A stretch of DNA of 64,000 bases from Patescibacteria group bacterium (GCA_018821245.1 JAHJMO010000026.1:15518-79517); one strand, 5' to 3'. Shown: positions 38,009 to 48,893, numbered from the stretch's first letter. Numbers and translations: made by a program. Notes: generated by a model from the letters alone, not told the origin.

Positions 38009-39139
38009 TTATGCCTCCCCAACTTCAACCGCCAGATCAGGAACAGCCGTAATTTTTTTCCAGTCAGTTGATTTTCCGCGGAAAAAAGCATAAGCCCCGA
38101 TGTAGGCGGCGTTGTCGGTACAGAGTTCCGGAGACGGCACGTGAATTGTTATATTGTTAAATTGTTTTATTGTTGAAAAAAACTTTTCTCTAAGACGGAT
38201 ATTTGCTGCAACCCCGCCGGAGAGCAAAATACTTTTTGCTTTATATTTTTGAGCCGCCCGCAGTGTTTTTTCGACCAAAACATCAGTTATTGCTTCCTGA
38301 ACCTCGTAAGATGATTGTTCTATTGTTCTATTGTTATATTGTTGATTACGTTTCAGTTTATCGATCTCACGAAGAATGGCGGTTTTAAGGCCGCTGAAGG
38401 AGAAGTTAAGAGAATCATCGTTTAACATAGGGCGAGGGAGGGGAATCGTGAATTGTGAATTATGAATTGTGAATTTAGCAGCTGTTTCTTGGATGGCAAC
38501 ACCACCTCTATTGCCAAATCCAAGCAGTCTCGCAGCTTTGTCAAAACATTCTCCAGCGGCGTCATCCAGCGTTCCGCCGAGCCAGCATAGTTCCTTAACT
38601 GATTTCATTAGATAAAGTTCGGTGTGCCCACCGGAAACAACAAGAGATATGGCAGGGAATTTAATTGTTTTGTCATCCCAGACTTGATCGGGGATCTGCG
38701 TTTTTGAAGTCAGATTCCCGTCTTCGCGGGAATGACAAGAAAGCGGCTCAAGAAAATTCGCATACATGTGCGCCAGCACGTGATTGACGGGGATTATGGG
38801 TTTGTCGGTTACATACGCAATGGTTTTGGCGGTTTCAACGCCTGTCAGAAGCGAGCCTATCAACCCCGGCCCGACTGTCACGGCAATGGCGTCAATAGAA
38901 TCATTGATACATTGAAACATTGATACATTGACACCTGTTTTTAACGGTTTTAACGCTTCAATGATGACAGGGATGACGCACTTGAGTTGCTCGCGGGCGG
39001 CAACTTCCGGCACTATCCCGCCGTATTTTTCATGCATCGCCGAGGATGAAGCCACGACATTGCTTAATATTTTCGTTCCATCCTGAACTACGGAAGCAGC
39101 CGTCTCGTCACAAGAAGTTTCGATAGCGAGGATTTTCAT
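38009..39139 (-). CDS. tsaD: tRNA N6-adenosine threonylcarbamoyltransferase TsaD (Kae1/Gcp family)
   Basis: MKILAIETSCDETAASVV N-terminus, HxxGH-type metal motif region (SGGHTELY), C-terminal GG..AN motif; carries four in-frame AT-rich tandem-repeat insertions. Confidence 0.9.
   Translation of the reverse strand: MKILAIETSCDETAASVVQDGTKILSNVVASSSAMHEKYGGIVPEVAAREQLKCVIPVIIEALKPLKTGVNVSMFQCINDSIDAIAVTVGPGLIGSLLTGVETAKTIAYVTDKPIIPVNHVLAHMYANFLEPLSCHSREDGNLTSKTQIPDQVWDDKTIKFPAISLVVSGGHTELYLMKSVKELCWLGGTLDDAAGECFDKAARLLGFGNRGGVAIQETAAKFTIHNSQFTIPLPRPMLNDDSLNFSFSGLKTAILREIDKLKRNQQYNNRTIEQSSYEVQEAITDVLVEKTLRAAQKYKAKSILLSGGVAANIRLREKFFSTIKQFNNITIHVPSPELCTDNAAYIGAYAFFRGKSTDWKKITAVPDLAVEVGEA
38143..38176 (-). 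repeat. Tandem 8-mer array (AACAATWW) in-frame in tsaD, insertion 1
   Basis: Coding strand aacaataa aacaattt aacaatat aacaattc; encodes TIKQFNNITIH. Confidence 0.7.
38314..38346 (-). repeat. Tandem 8-mer array (AACAATAN) in-frame in tsaD, insertion 2
   Basis: Plus strand attgttct attgttct attgttat attgttga; encodes NQQYNNRTIEQ. Confidence 0.7.
38448..38476 (-). repeat. Tandem heptamer array (AATTCAC/AATTCAT) in-frame in tsaD, insertion 3
   Basis: Plus strand gtgaatt gtgaatt atgaatt gtgaatt; encodes KFTIHNSQFTIP, closely matching the HD-protein insert. Confidence 0.8.
38903..38934 (-). repeat. Tandem 8-mer array (CATTGAWA) in-frame in tsaD, insertion 4
   Basis: cattgata cattgaaa cattgata cattgaca; encodes NVSMFQCINDSI. 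Confidence 0.65.
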
Positions 39140-39149
39140 GTGTTCAATT

Positions 39150-39587
39150 CTACTCGAGGCCCAGGAGTTTAGCCAGTTGAGACGTTGATGGAGTATGGAT
39201 TTTAGGGATGACTGCCAGTTTGGCACCGAATTGACTAGCTTGTTTTTGTTTTTTATCTAAGATTGGGTCTCCTTCGGTAACTGCAATTACTTGGGGTTTA
39301 ATTTGGTTGACCAAGCCAAAATATTCTTCATCTGATTTCATCGGCGGGAGAGTAATTACTTCATCGACAAATTTTAAAGCTTCTAACATTTTTTTCCGTT
39401 GAATTTGCGAGTGGATCGGGCGGCTGTCGCCTTTCATCCGCCGAACATTAGCATCTGATTCCAGCGCCACGATCAGCCAATCACCCAGAGTCTTAGCTTG
39501 TCTAAGAAATTCGATGTGGCCAAAGTGCAAAAGATCGAAGCAGCCGCCCACCAAAACCACCATCTTTTTGTTTTTCATAGTAGACAT
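39150..39587 (-). CDS. Cytidylyltransferase-like nucleotidyltransferase (HxGH motif)
   Basis: VVLVGGCFDLLHFGH (HIGH-type) motif of the cytidylyltransferase/RfaE-domain-II family; 145 aa. Confidence 0.6.
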   Translation of the reverse strand: MSTMKNKKMVVLVGGCFDLLHFGHIEFLRQAKTLGDWLIVALESDANVRRMKGDSRPIHSQIQRKKMLEALKFVDEVITLPPMKSDEEYFGLVNQIKPQVIAVTEGDPILDKKQKQASQFGAKLAVIPKIHTPSTSQLAKLLGLE

Positions 39588-39611
39588 ATTAGTCTAATGA
39601 GCCGGATAAGT

Positions 39612-41006
39612 CTAATTTGATATACCCCGCAAGTACACCGCCTGCCACGGACGGAAGCTTGAGTAAAATGTTTGGTCCTGAAGGGTTTGTCCGTTTTTTG
39701 TTACAAGATATCGGAAGCTCGTTTTTGCCCCCCATGCCGCCCAGTCTACTTGTTTGACAACACCCGGGGCAAGCGTGGGGTCGTCTTGATAAAGAGGAGG
39801 CGGCGGCGCGGAGATATCCCACATTTTCTGTTCAAGTATCTGGGAAAATCTTCCGTCTTTTGCGCCATACAGATCAAAGACGAGACTCATTTGAGAAGTG
39901 TTGGGTTTTGCCTGAATGAGGATATAAGAAGGAGTGTCGTTTTTGATTTTAAGGTCAACTGATGGCGCAAAGACCGTTGCGTCAATGCCGGGCTTATATC
40001 CGGCTTGTTCATAATATTGGACCCGGTATGAGTGAGCATGGCGCTCGACGATTGAGAGCCCCGCGGCAAGCGCGGCACGAAAGAGAGTTGTTGACACTTG
40101 GCAGACGCCCCCACCGTCTCCCAGCACAGTTTTGCCGTCTTTTATGATGTACGCTGATTGATAGCCGGTGGCGGCGGAAATGTCACCGACTGCATTATTG
40201 AATGAAAATATCGATCCCGGCGCAATGAGAAGTCCGTTGATTCTGGACGCGGCAAGAACGACATTGTGTACTCTGCCGGGTATGGAATGCGCAAATTTCG
40301 AATATCCTCGTCCGATAAGCTCCCTGACGCCAAAAGAGTTCGCTTGGCCCGTGGTGATGGCGGCCTGTACGCGTTCGACGGGAAGATGGATAATAAACAC
40401 GTATCTGGAAGAAGAAACACCGGTAAGGGCATCCTGAAAACGCTTTTTGGCTGCGTCCGGATCCACGCGTCTCCCATCTCGCGAAGGCCGGAACGCGACG
40501 ACTCTTCCGTTCGCAAATTGGAATAGAGCGTCCTGCTCTGGAATATTTATGTGTGACGATAGGTCTGACAGAACATCATCCAAAAGCTGACTGTTCCAGC
40601 GGAAATACGGCGACAAATCCGTGGATCGCTTGATGAATTTTTGATAGAAATCGGAAAATATATATCCGGAGCGCCCGACCTGATATGCCTGTGTTGCAGA
40701 AAGCGTTGCGTCATACCCCAGATCAAGTTCCTGGCCCGAAAGCGTTGCTACCTCGTTTTCAAACCGGAATTCAAATGTTGCCCGCGTGAACGGTTCGTTT
40801 TTGGAAAGCCAATATCCCTTTATCTCTTCCGGCGTTTTTCCATCGAAAACGATATGGCCCACGGATACGCCACGGTAAGCTCTCCCTTTGTAGTAATGTT
40901 CAAATGCCCAGAGGGCGAAGGATGCCGTAATAACGATAAAGACTATGCCAATGAGGATGCCTACGGAGAACGAATAAAGAAAAGATGTTTTCTGCGTTCT
41001 TCTCAT
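39612..41006 (-). CDS. VanW-family protein
   Basis: N-terminal TM anchor; GGGVCQVSTTLF motif diagnostic of the VanW domain. Confidence 0.75.
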   Translation of the reverse strand: MRRTQKTSFLYSFSVGILIGIVFIVITASFALWAFEHYYKGRAYRGVSVGHIVFDGKTPEEIKGYWLSKNEPFTRATFEFRFENEVATLSGQELDLGYDATLSATQAYQVGRSGYIFSDFYQKFIKRSTDLSPYFRWNSQLLDDVLSDLSSHINIPEQDALFQFANGRVVAFRPSRDGRRVDPDAAKKRFQDALTGVSSSRYVFIIHLPVERVQAAITTGQANSFGVRELIGRGYSKFAHSIPGRVHNVVLAASRINGLLIAPGSIFSFNNAVGDISAATGYQSAYIIKDGKTVLGDGGGVCQVSTTLFRAALAAGLSIVERHAHSYRVQYYEQAGYKPGIDATVFAPSVDLKIKNDTPSYILIQAKPNTSQMSLVFDLYGAKDGRFSQILEQKMWDISAPPPPLYQDDPTLAPGVVKQVDWAAWGAKTSFRYLVTKNGQTLQDQTFYSSFRPWQAVYLRGISN

Positions 41007-41031
41007 GATATGATAATTGTAGCGCTTTAGT

Positions 41032-42618
41032 ATGGATGACGAAATCGGCAAATCAACGCAATCACAAGGCGGGGTGGTGATGGCCTATCCTCCGGAAGGC
41101 GTGAAAGGAGACAATGAGCAAAATACGGCCACCGACGGGAAGCACTCCGGTATTTCGGGGGATTCTCCACAGGCGTATGAGCCGGAAACAGTCGTTGTTC
41201 CTCCAGCGGCTACTTTTTCGGCCAATGCATTTATCCCAAACATTCCGAAAGCCGGAGGATCCGGCGGAGCAACTTCCGGTGGCGCGCAAACACCATCTTC
41301 TTCCGTTTCTTCATGGAAGAGGCGGATTTTGTCATTGGCAATCCTTTTTATCATTGCGGTTGCGTTATTTTTCGGCGGACGGTTTGTCGTCGGATATCTA
41401 GCCCGTTCCAAAGAGGTAACGATTTCTTATTGGGGGTTGTGGGAGAATGAAGCCGTAATACGCGGGATTCTTAACGATTTTGAAGCAAAAAATCCTAAGA
41501 TAAAAGTGCAATATGCAAAACAATCCCACAAACAGTACCGGGAGCGCCTACAAGCCGCAATTAACCGCGGTGATGGTCCGGACGTGTTTCGCTTTCACAA
41601 TACGTGGGTTGCAATGCTCAAAAACGAGCTTGCGCCGGTACCGAAAAACATTATGTCACCGGAGACATTTTCCTCAACATTCTACCCGACGGCAACGAAT
41701 GATCTTGTTGCCGGAGGAACGATATATGGAGTTCCGCTCATGATTGACGGATTGGGCTTATATTACAACGAGGATATTTTTACCAGTGCCGGGGTATCAC
41801 CTCCTACCACATGGGTCGAGCTTCTGAACATAGTTCCTAAGCTTACAGCAAAAGAAGGCAGCACTATTATGACTTCCGCTATTGCCCTGGGAACTGTTGG
41901 CAACGTTGAGCACTTCAGCGACATTTTGGCCTTGATGTTTTTGCAAAATGGTGCCAATCTCGCAGCTCCAACAGGGACACAAGCAGAAGAGACGCTCATT
42001 TTCTACCATAACTTTGCAGATCCAGCCAATCCGTACTATACATGGAACGAGACGTTAGACAATTCAATATACGCTTTTGCTATCGGGCGTGTGGCCATGA
42101 TTCTGGCTCCTTCATGGCGGGCATTTGATATACAGGAAATGAATCCCAGTCTCCATTTCAGAGTCGCACCGGTTCCGCAGCTTCCCGGAAATAATGTGAC
42201 GTGGGCTTCGTATTGGGTAGAAGGCGTTTCGGAGAAAAGTAAATATCAGGAGGCGGCTTGGAAGCTTATATCGTATTTGGCAGAAAGAGATGTTGTTTCG
42301 AAGTTATATACCGAAGCGTCAAAAACCCGGCTTTTTGGTGAACCATATGCCAGAGTAGACCTTGGTAATCAATTGACTGCGGACCCAATCGTTGGGGCAT
42401 ATATAACACAGGCGTCTTCTGCCCGTTCTTTTCCTTTAGCATCCCGGACGTTTGATAACGGTCTCAACGACAAAATGAGTAAATATCTGGAGGATGCTGT
42501 AAATAGTGTATCCGGTGGGGTAGCCCCTTCTGCGGCTCTTCAAACAATGAACGCTGGGTTTCGCCAGGTTCTCACTACATACGGATTGACATCCGGCGCT
42601 GCCCCAAGCACACAGTGA
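41032..42618 (+). CDS. Extracellular solute-binding protein (ABC transporter SBP family 1, sugar-type)
   Basis: Low-complexity N-terminus, TM anchor ILSLAILFIIAVALFF, then an SBP_bac_1-like fold (ISYWGLWENEAV..., NPKIKVQY). Confidence 0.65.
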   Translation: MDDEIGKSTQSQGGVVMAYPPEGVKGDNEQNTATDGKHSGISGDSPQAYEPETVVVPPAATFSANAFIPNIPKAGGSGGATSGGAQTPSSSVSSWKRRILSLAILFIIAVALFFGGRFVVGYLARSKEVTISYWGLWENEAVIRGILNDFEAKNPKIKVQYAKQSHKQYRERLQAAINRGDGPDVFRFHNTWVAMLKNELAPVPKNIMSPETFSSTFYPTATNDLVAGGTIYGVPLMIDGLGLYYNEDIFTSAGVSPPTTWVELLNIVPKLTAKEGSTIMTSAIALGTVGNVEHFSDILALMFLQNGANLAAPTGTQAEETLIFYHNFADPANPYYTWNETLDNSIYAFAIGRVAMILAPSWRAFDIQEMNPSLHFRVAPVPQLPGNNVTWASYWVEGVSEKSKYQEAAWKLISYLAERDVVSKLYTEASKTRLFGEPYARVDLGNQLTADPIVGAYITQASSARSFPLASRTFDNGLNDKMSKYLEDAVNSVSGGVAPSAALQTMNAGFRQVLTTYGLTSGAAPSTQ

Positions 42619-42621
42619 TGC

Positions 42622-43563
42622 ATGAAGATTACCGTCCGTGAATCATTTTTGGCTACCATCGCGTACGCCGATATATTTGACTACCCTCTTACACTAGAAG
42701 AGTGTGATATGTGGCGCATCTGCACCCCTAATACTGATTCACGGATTCATGAATGGTCAAATATAGTAACGAGACTAAAAAAGCGCGACAGGATTTTTTA
42801 TAGCCTTCGAAGAGATAGGTCTATCATAGATAAACGGGAAGACCGCGCCCGGTGGTCAGCAAAAAAAATCAATATAGCCCGACGCATGGCGCGCGTTTTG
42901 CGTTTCATCCCTACCATCAGGCTTATAGGAGTTACAGGCGGATTGGCTATGTATAATACCGAAAAAAACGATGATATAGATTTTTTCTGTATAGCCGCAA
43001 GCGGTACTCTGTGGATAAGCCGTTTTTTGGCAGTAGCGTTTATGGAGGTATTCGGACGCCGCCGCCGGCCGGCAGATGTGCGCGTGAAAGACAAAATCTG
43101 TCTGAACATGTTTATGTCAGAAGACGCACTGTGTGTTCCTGTACAAGAACAGGATTTGTACACGGCCCACGAGGTATTGCAGATGAGGGTATTATGGGAA
43201 AGAGGTGGGGTATACAGGGCCTTTTTGCGTGCTAACGGTTGGGTACGGAATTTTCTTCCGAATGCGTGGGAAGAAAGTTCACAGTTCATAGTTCATAGTT
43301 CACAGAAAAAACCCAAAAATAAATTATTTAAAAAAATCTTAGGGGTTTTGCTGTTAACTATTAACTATTTACTAATAACTATTGAGTCAATTGCAAAATT
43401 GGCTCAACTTTGGTATATGCAAAAACATCGGACTACGGAAGTGGTTACCGACACCATGATTCGTTTCCATCCGAAAGATGCTCGCCGCCGGGTAAGAGCG
43501 GCACTTGGGAAACGATTGAAACAGTGGAACATCCCCCTTGACAATATATTTTATGACCGTTAA
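42622..43563 (+). CDS. Hypothetical protein with Pol-beta-like nucleotidyltransferase signature
   Basis: GVTGGLAMY...DIDFFCIA resembles the hG[GS]...DxD minimal NTase motif; contains two in-frame tandem heptamer insertions (43276-43305, 43354-43386). Confidence 0.4.
   Translation: MKITVRESFLATIAYADIFDYPLTLEECDMWRICTPNTDSRIHEWSNIVTRLKKRDRIFYSLRRDRSIIDKREDRARWSAKKINIARRMARVLRFIPTIRLIGVTGGLAMYNTEKNDDIDFFCIAASGTLWISRFLAVAFMEVFGRRRRPADVRVKDKICLNMFMSEDALCVPVQEQDLYTAHEVLQMRVLWERGGVYRAFLRANGWVRNFLPNAWEESSQFIVHSSQKKPKNKLFKKILGVLLLTINYLLITIESIAKLAQLWYMQKHRTTEVVTDTMIRFHPKDARRRVRAALGKRLKQWNIPLDNIFYDR
43276..43305 (+). repeat. Tandem heptamer array AGTTCAY x4, in-frame in the 42622-43563 CDS
   Basis: agttcac agttcat agttcat agttcac; encodes SQFIVHSSQ. 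Confidence 0.75.
43354..43386 (+). repeat. Tandem heptamer array WTTAACT x4-5, in-frame in the 42622-43563 CDS
   Basis: ttaacta ttaacta tttacta ataacta ttgag; encodes LTINYLLITIE. Confidence 0.7.
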
Positions 43564-43565
43564 AA

Positions 43566-43590
43566 TAGCAGTCACTTCTAAAGACTGCCA
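43566..43590 (+). promoter_or_regulatory. CIRCE-like inverted repeat upstream of groES
   Basis: AGCAGTC-N9-GACTGCC, compared with CIRCE TTAGCACTC-N9-GAGTGCTAA; correct 9-nt spacer but degenerate arms. Confidence 0.3.
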
Positions 43591-43641
43591 ATTATACTAG
43601 CAGTAATTTTTATTAATAATGATTCAAAAGGAGGTAATGAT

Positions 43642-43938
43642 ATGGCGAAATTAAATATTCATCCTTTATTCGATAATGTACTCATTAAGCCGATTGAGGC
43701 CGAGGAAAGATTACCCTCAGGGATAGTATTACCCGACAGCGCTAAAGAAAAACCACAAATGGGGTTAGTGATGGCTGTTGGGCCGGGGACCACCGATGAC
43801 AAAGGCAATCCGGTTAAAATAATGGTTAAAGTCGGGCAGAAAGTGATGTATAAGAAATGGGGCGGCAATGAAGTTAAAGTGGGCGGTGAAGAGTGGACAA
43901 TGGTAGAACAAAAAGACATATTGGCAGTAGTTGAATAA
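43642..43938 (+). CDS. groES: Co-chaperonin GroES
   Basis: 98 aa, LPSGIVLPDSAKEKPQMGLVMAVGPG mobile-loop region; strong SD AAAGGAGG. Confidence 0.95.
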   Translation: MAKLNIHPLFDNVLIKPIEAEERLPSGIVLPDSAKEKPQMGLVMAVGPGTTDDKGNPVKIMVKVGQKVMYKKWGGNEVKVGGEEWTMVEQKDILAVVE

Positions 43939-45606
<1,668 letters not shown>

Positions 45607-45607
45607 A

Positions 45608-45623
45608 AAGTTCATAGTTCATA
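45608..45623 (+). repeat. Tandem heptamer AGTTCAT x2, 2 nt after the groEL stop
   Basis: agttcat agttcat ag; same unit as 43276-43305. Confidence 0.55.
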
Positions 45624-45648
45624 GAAAAACAAGATATAAAAATACAAA

Positions 45649-45676
45649 CGTCCCCCGCTCATCGGGGGACTTTTGA
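45649..45676 (+). terminator. Intrinsic terminator of the groESL operon
   Basis: GTCCCCC-GCTCATC-GGGGGAC followed by TTTTGAT. Confidence 0.7.
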
Positions 45677-45780
45677 TATAATAAGAGAGACGATCCACAC
45701 ACCAGGAAATCAGGAGAAATCCAACATATTCACGTGTTAACACGTTAATATATTAGTGTATTAATATGAAGCAGTAGGCA

Positions 45781-46551
45781 ATGTTTATTATCAATCGCTT
45801 TGGCGAGAAGTTGGAAGCACTGTGGCGGCGGCCGGTCGGCAACGGTCCGTTTCCGGTGGTTCTTTTTGTTTCCGGATTTGGGATGGATCTTCATGAGTCC
45901 AAAAATTCAAATGATGAAATATCTAATCAATTACTAAATAAAGGATTTGCTACGCTGCAGTTTTCTTTTGCGGGATGCGGGAGGTCAGAAGGAAATTACA
46001 CGGAAATGACGCTGGAACGTCAGGCAAAGCAAGTTGAGGATATGTTGACATGGTTGAGGCAGAGAGGTGATATAGATAATCAGAGAATTGGAATTCACGC
46101 TACGTCCATGGGCGTTGCCACAGTGCTTCTTGCGGATTTTGCTCGATGCGCGTCACTTTGTTTTGTCGCCGGTGTTTACAATGTAAACAGAAGCATTCAT
46201 CAGGTTTATGAAGAAGAACGAGGCGTCAAGATACACCATGAAGGAACCACACAGCTTCCACGCGGAAGCGGCGCAACTACTCCGGTTGGTCCTGTGTTTT
46301 GGAAAAGTATCGCCGCTTTTAACGTGATAACGCTAATTCAAAAACTTACGCTTCCTGTATTTCTTGTTCATGGCGATCAAGATACAAAAGTGTCGACGAG
46401 CGAAGTTCGAGAGGTGTTTGATAAAATACCAAGTAAAGAAAAAAGGTTAAAAATCTTTGCAGGAGGCGATCACGGTATAATTGATGTCCCGCGCTCAATG
46501 CGAGAAGAGTTTCTAAAGGAAGTTGTTAACTGGTTTCGAGAAACATTATGA
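45781..46551 (+). CDS. Alpha/beta-hydrolase (dienelactone hydrolase/peptidase S9-like)
   Basis: VVLFVSGFG ... GHSMG-like nucleophile elbow (HATSMGVA), C-terminal GGDHG; 256 aa. Confidence 0.65.
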   Translation: MFIINRFGEKLEALWRRPVGNGPFPVVLFVSGFGMDLHESKNSNDEISNQLLNKGFATLQFSFAGCGRSEGNYTEMTLERQAKQVEDMLTWLRQRGDIDNQRIGIHATSMGVATVLLADFARCASLCFVAGVYNVNRSIHQVYEEERGVKIHHEGTTQLPRGSGATTPVGPVFWKSIAAFNVITLIQKLTLPVFLVHGDQDTKVSTSEVREVFDKIPSKEKRLKIFAGGDHGIIDVPRSMREEFLKEVVNWFRETL

Positions 46552-47306
46552 CTCAGGCAACCCCCGAGATAATTGAGCCATCAGGAATTGTTGAACTAGT
46601 TGATGGGCAAAATAAAATCCGGATCAATCCGCATGGCGCTAGGATATTGAGTTTGGAGCTGCAGGGAAAGCAAATTTTGGGAGATTTTATAAGGGCAGAC
46701 GGTAAAGCAGGGAATTCCCATCCGGGTACTCCTATTCTGGGCGCCGAAAGAACCACCTGCTTCGGTTTGCCTCAACATGGACCTGGCCGGAATAGTCCTT
46801 GGCAAATAATTGAACGCAGCAACAGCCGCCTAGTTCTTGTTTATCAAGTCGAGGTAGAAATATATCCCAAAGGCATGGAAGTAAGACAGGAATTTATCTT
46901 GGATAAAGACGGTTTTCGTCTGATAACTACCCATGTTAATACAGGTGAGAATCCAGCGCCGGTAAATTCTGGCGAACATTTTTACTGGAACACGTCGGAA
47001 GGTTGGGATGGATTAAGAATAAACGGGGAATTGATGACGGATTTGGTAAAAAGCAACGGTGTTATTTCCATTCAACCAGACAATATTCTAGAAATTCCTG
47101 GATTGCCGAAAATTTCGCTTAAGCAAAAAGGTTTACCGTGGGCAACTTTGTGGGCAATCAGTAAGGATGGTAAATTTGATAGTCAGTATGTTTGCATTGA
47201 ACCAGGAGAAGGCGATCAGACCTACAGTGATTTTTTTGCGACCAAAAGAGCCTTGATTAACCCTGGACAAAGTCGGCAAACTGAGATATTAATAAATCTA
47301 GTTTAA
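46548..47306 (+). CDS. Aldose 1-epimerase family protein (glucose-6-phosphate 1-epimerase-like)
   Basis: PHGARILSL, GEHFYWN and CIEPGEG resemble the conserved motifs of YeaD/aldose-1-epimerase beta-sandwich proteins. Confidence 0.45.
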   Translation: MTQATPEIIEPSGIVELVDGQNKIRINPHGARILSLELQGKQILGDFIRADGKAGNSHPGTPILGAERTTCFGLPQHGPGRNSPWQIIERSNSRLVLVYQVEVEIYPKGMEVRQEFILDKDGFRLITTHVNTGENPAPVNSGEHFYWNTSEGWDGLRINGELMTDLVKSNGVISIQPDNILEIPGLPKISLKQKGLPWATLWAISKDGKFDSQYVCIEPGEGDQTYSDFFATKRALINPGQSRQTEILINLV

Positions 47307-47328
47307 AAAAAGATAAGATATTTTTTGT

Positions 47329-48378
47329 ATGAAATACAGAATTCTTGGGAAAACACATCTAAAAGTTTCAGAAGTTGGAATGGGGACCTGGCAACTCGCA
47401 GGTAAACCATGGGGTTGGGATGCTCCAGACGAAGAAGAAAGCATGAGAGCTCTTTATAGATTTGTAGAACTTGGTGGGAATTTTATTGATACAGCTTGGG
47501 TTTACGGAAGAGATGATGTACAGGATGACGAAAAGGGTAAACATTGCTCAGAAGAATTAATCGGCAAGTTTATAAAAGAATCAGGTAATAGAGACAAGGT
47601 GATTGTTGCCTCAAAAATTTCAGGTAAAAATCGTAAATGGCCAGCTTGGAAAGGTATCCCTATTTCAGAAGTTTTTCCAGAAGGTTATATCGAGACGATG
47701 GTTGACAGTTCTCTCAAAAGTTTGGGAATTGAAGCATTAGATTTAATGCAGTTTCATGTTTGGCAGGACGATTTTGCAAAAGAAGATGGTTGGAAAGAAG
47801 AGACTCAAAGAATTACAAAGAAAGGTAAAGTAAAATACTGGGGAATTTCGATAAATGACTACCAGCCAAGTAATTGTCTAAAGACACTTGATACCGGATT
47901 AATCGACACTATTCAATTCATTTTTAATATCTTTCACCAAAAACCTACAGAAAAGCTTCTTCCTTATGCAAAAGAACACAATATTGGTTTAATTGCCAGA
48001 GTTCCTCGTGATGAAGGGGGTCTAACAGGAAAATTAACATTAGATACAAAGTTTGATGACGATATGAGATCTAAATATTTTAGTAAGGAAAGATTACAAG
48101 AATTTATACCAAGAATTAAAGAATTGGAAAAAATTTTAGGCGATGAAGCAAAAACTTTACCAGAATTAGCACTTAGATACATCTTGTTTTTTGATGAAGT
48201 TTCGACAGTGATTCCGGGAACTCGAAAAGTAAAATATGTTGACGAAAATGTTTCAGTTTCTGACGGAAGAAAGTTGTCGGAAAAATTGATGGATGAATTA
48301 AAAAAGCACGCATGGGAAAGAAATTTCTACGTTGACCGTGATCCTTCAATTGGAAAAGACAGCTATATTGAGAAATAG
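47329..48378 (+). CDS. Aldo/keto reductase
   Basis: N-terminus YRILGKTHLKVSEVGMGTWQLAG (AKR signature), catalytic D/Y/K/H positions; AT-rich relative to neighbours. Confidence 0.85.
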   Translation: MKYRILGKTHLKVSEVGMGTWQLAGKPWGWDAPDEEESMRALYRFVELGGNFIDTAWVYGRDDVQDDEKGKHCSEELIGKFIKESGNRDKVIVASKISGKNRKWPAWKGIPISEVFPEGYIETMVDSSLKSLGIEALDLMQFHVWQDDFAKEDGWKEETQRITKKGKVKYWGISINDYQPSNCLKTLDTGLIDTIQFIFNIFHQKPTEKLLPYAKEHNIGLIARVPRDEGGLTGKLTLDTKFDDDMRSKYFSKERLQEFIPRIKELEKILGDEAKTLPELALRYILFFDEVSTVIPGTRKVKYVDENVSVSDGRKLSEKLMDELKKHAWERNFYVDRDPSIGKDSYIEK

Positions 48379-48448
48379 AACCCCTATTGACGCAAGCGAC
48401 ATCACCGGTCACGTCCTTGTTGTAGACGGCGGTTATAGCCTTAGATAG
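48362..48448 (+). pseudogene. Remnant of a short-chain dehydrogenase/reductase (SDR) C-terminus
   Basis: Frame 2 reads ...RNRTPIDASDITGHVLVVDGGYSLR*, the canonical SDR C-terminal end (..sDeASyITGq.lvVDGG..). No SDR N-terminal part exists upstream; it overlaps the AKR 3' end. Confidence 0.5.
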
Positions 48449-48512
48449 TCACAGCATTAACTACTATTTGTTTTTCTTGTTTGTCCGATTTTTTACCCGA
48501 TCATTTATATAT

Positions 48513-48893
48513 TTATATTAAGTATGCTATAGCAATGGGAATATAAAAACTACGGGAAATATATCTTTCGGTAAAGTTGGTAAGCCTTGAGGCCAAGCCA
48601 ATTGTCTGGCAAAAGTTGAAACGGAAGTTGCGGATCATCGCGCAAGATCGATAAATATCTCGTAGCACCAAACGGATTTTTAGTTGGCAAAAGGCGCGTT
48701 TGATAGTGTCGTAGTTAATATCATCAAGAAGGCGTTGCGCCTCTTCAAGCATTTGATGTGCTCCAATGCTGGTTTTGCTCTTGCCTACTGAAGCAAGTGT
48801 TAGAAAAAGAGTAAAGAGGAGTGTGTCGGTAACACCGTGGAATAGCCCATCCGTTAGTTTTAGAGCTATATTCGCGGATTTTTTGTTGTACAT
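48513..48893 (-). CDS. Hypothetical 126-aa ORF flanked by identical palindromes (possible IS/transposase C-terminal remnant)
   Basis: ORF has its own TTGACT-17-TATAAA promoter. The 10-bp perfect palindrome TGCTATAGCA occurs at both ends (48525-48534 and 48912-48921). C-terminal residues loosely resemble IS5-type transposase tails. Confidence 0.3.
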   Translation of the reverse strand: MYNKKSANIALKLTDGLFHGVTDTLLFTLFLTLASVGKSKTSIGAHQMLEEAQRLLDDINYDTIKRAFCQLKIRLVLRDIYRSCAMIRNFRFNFCQTIGLASRLTNFTERYISRSFYIPIAIAYLI

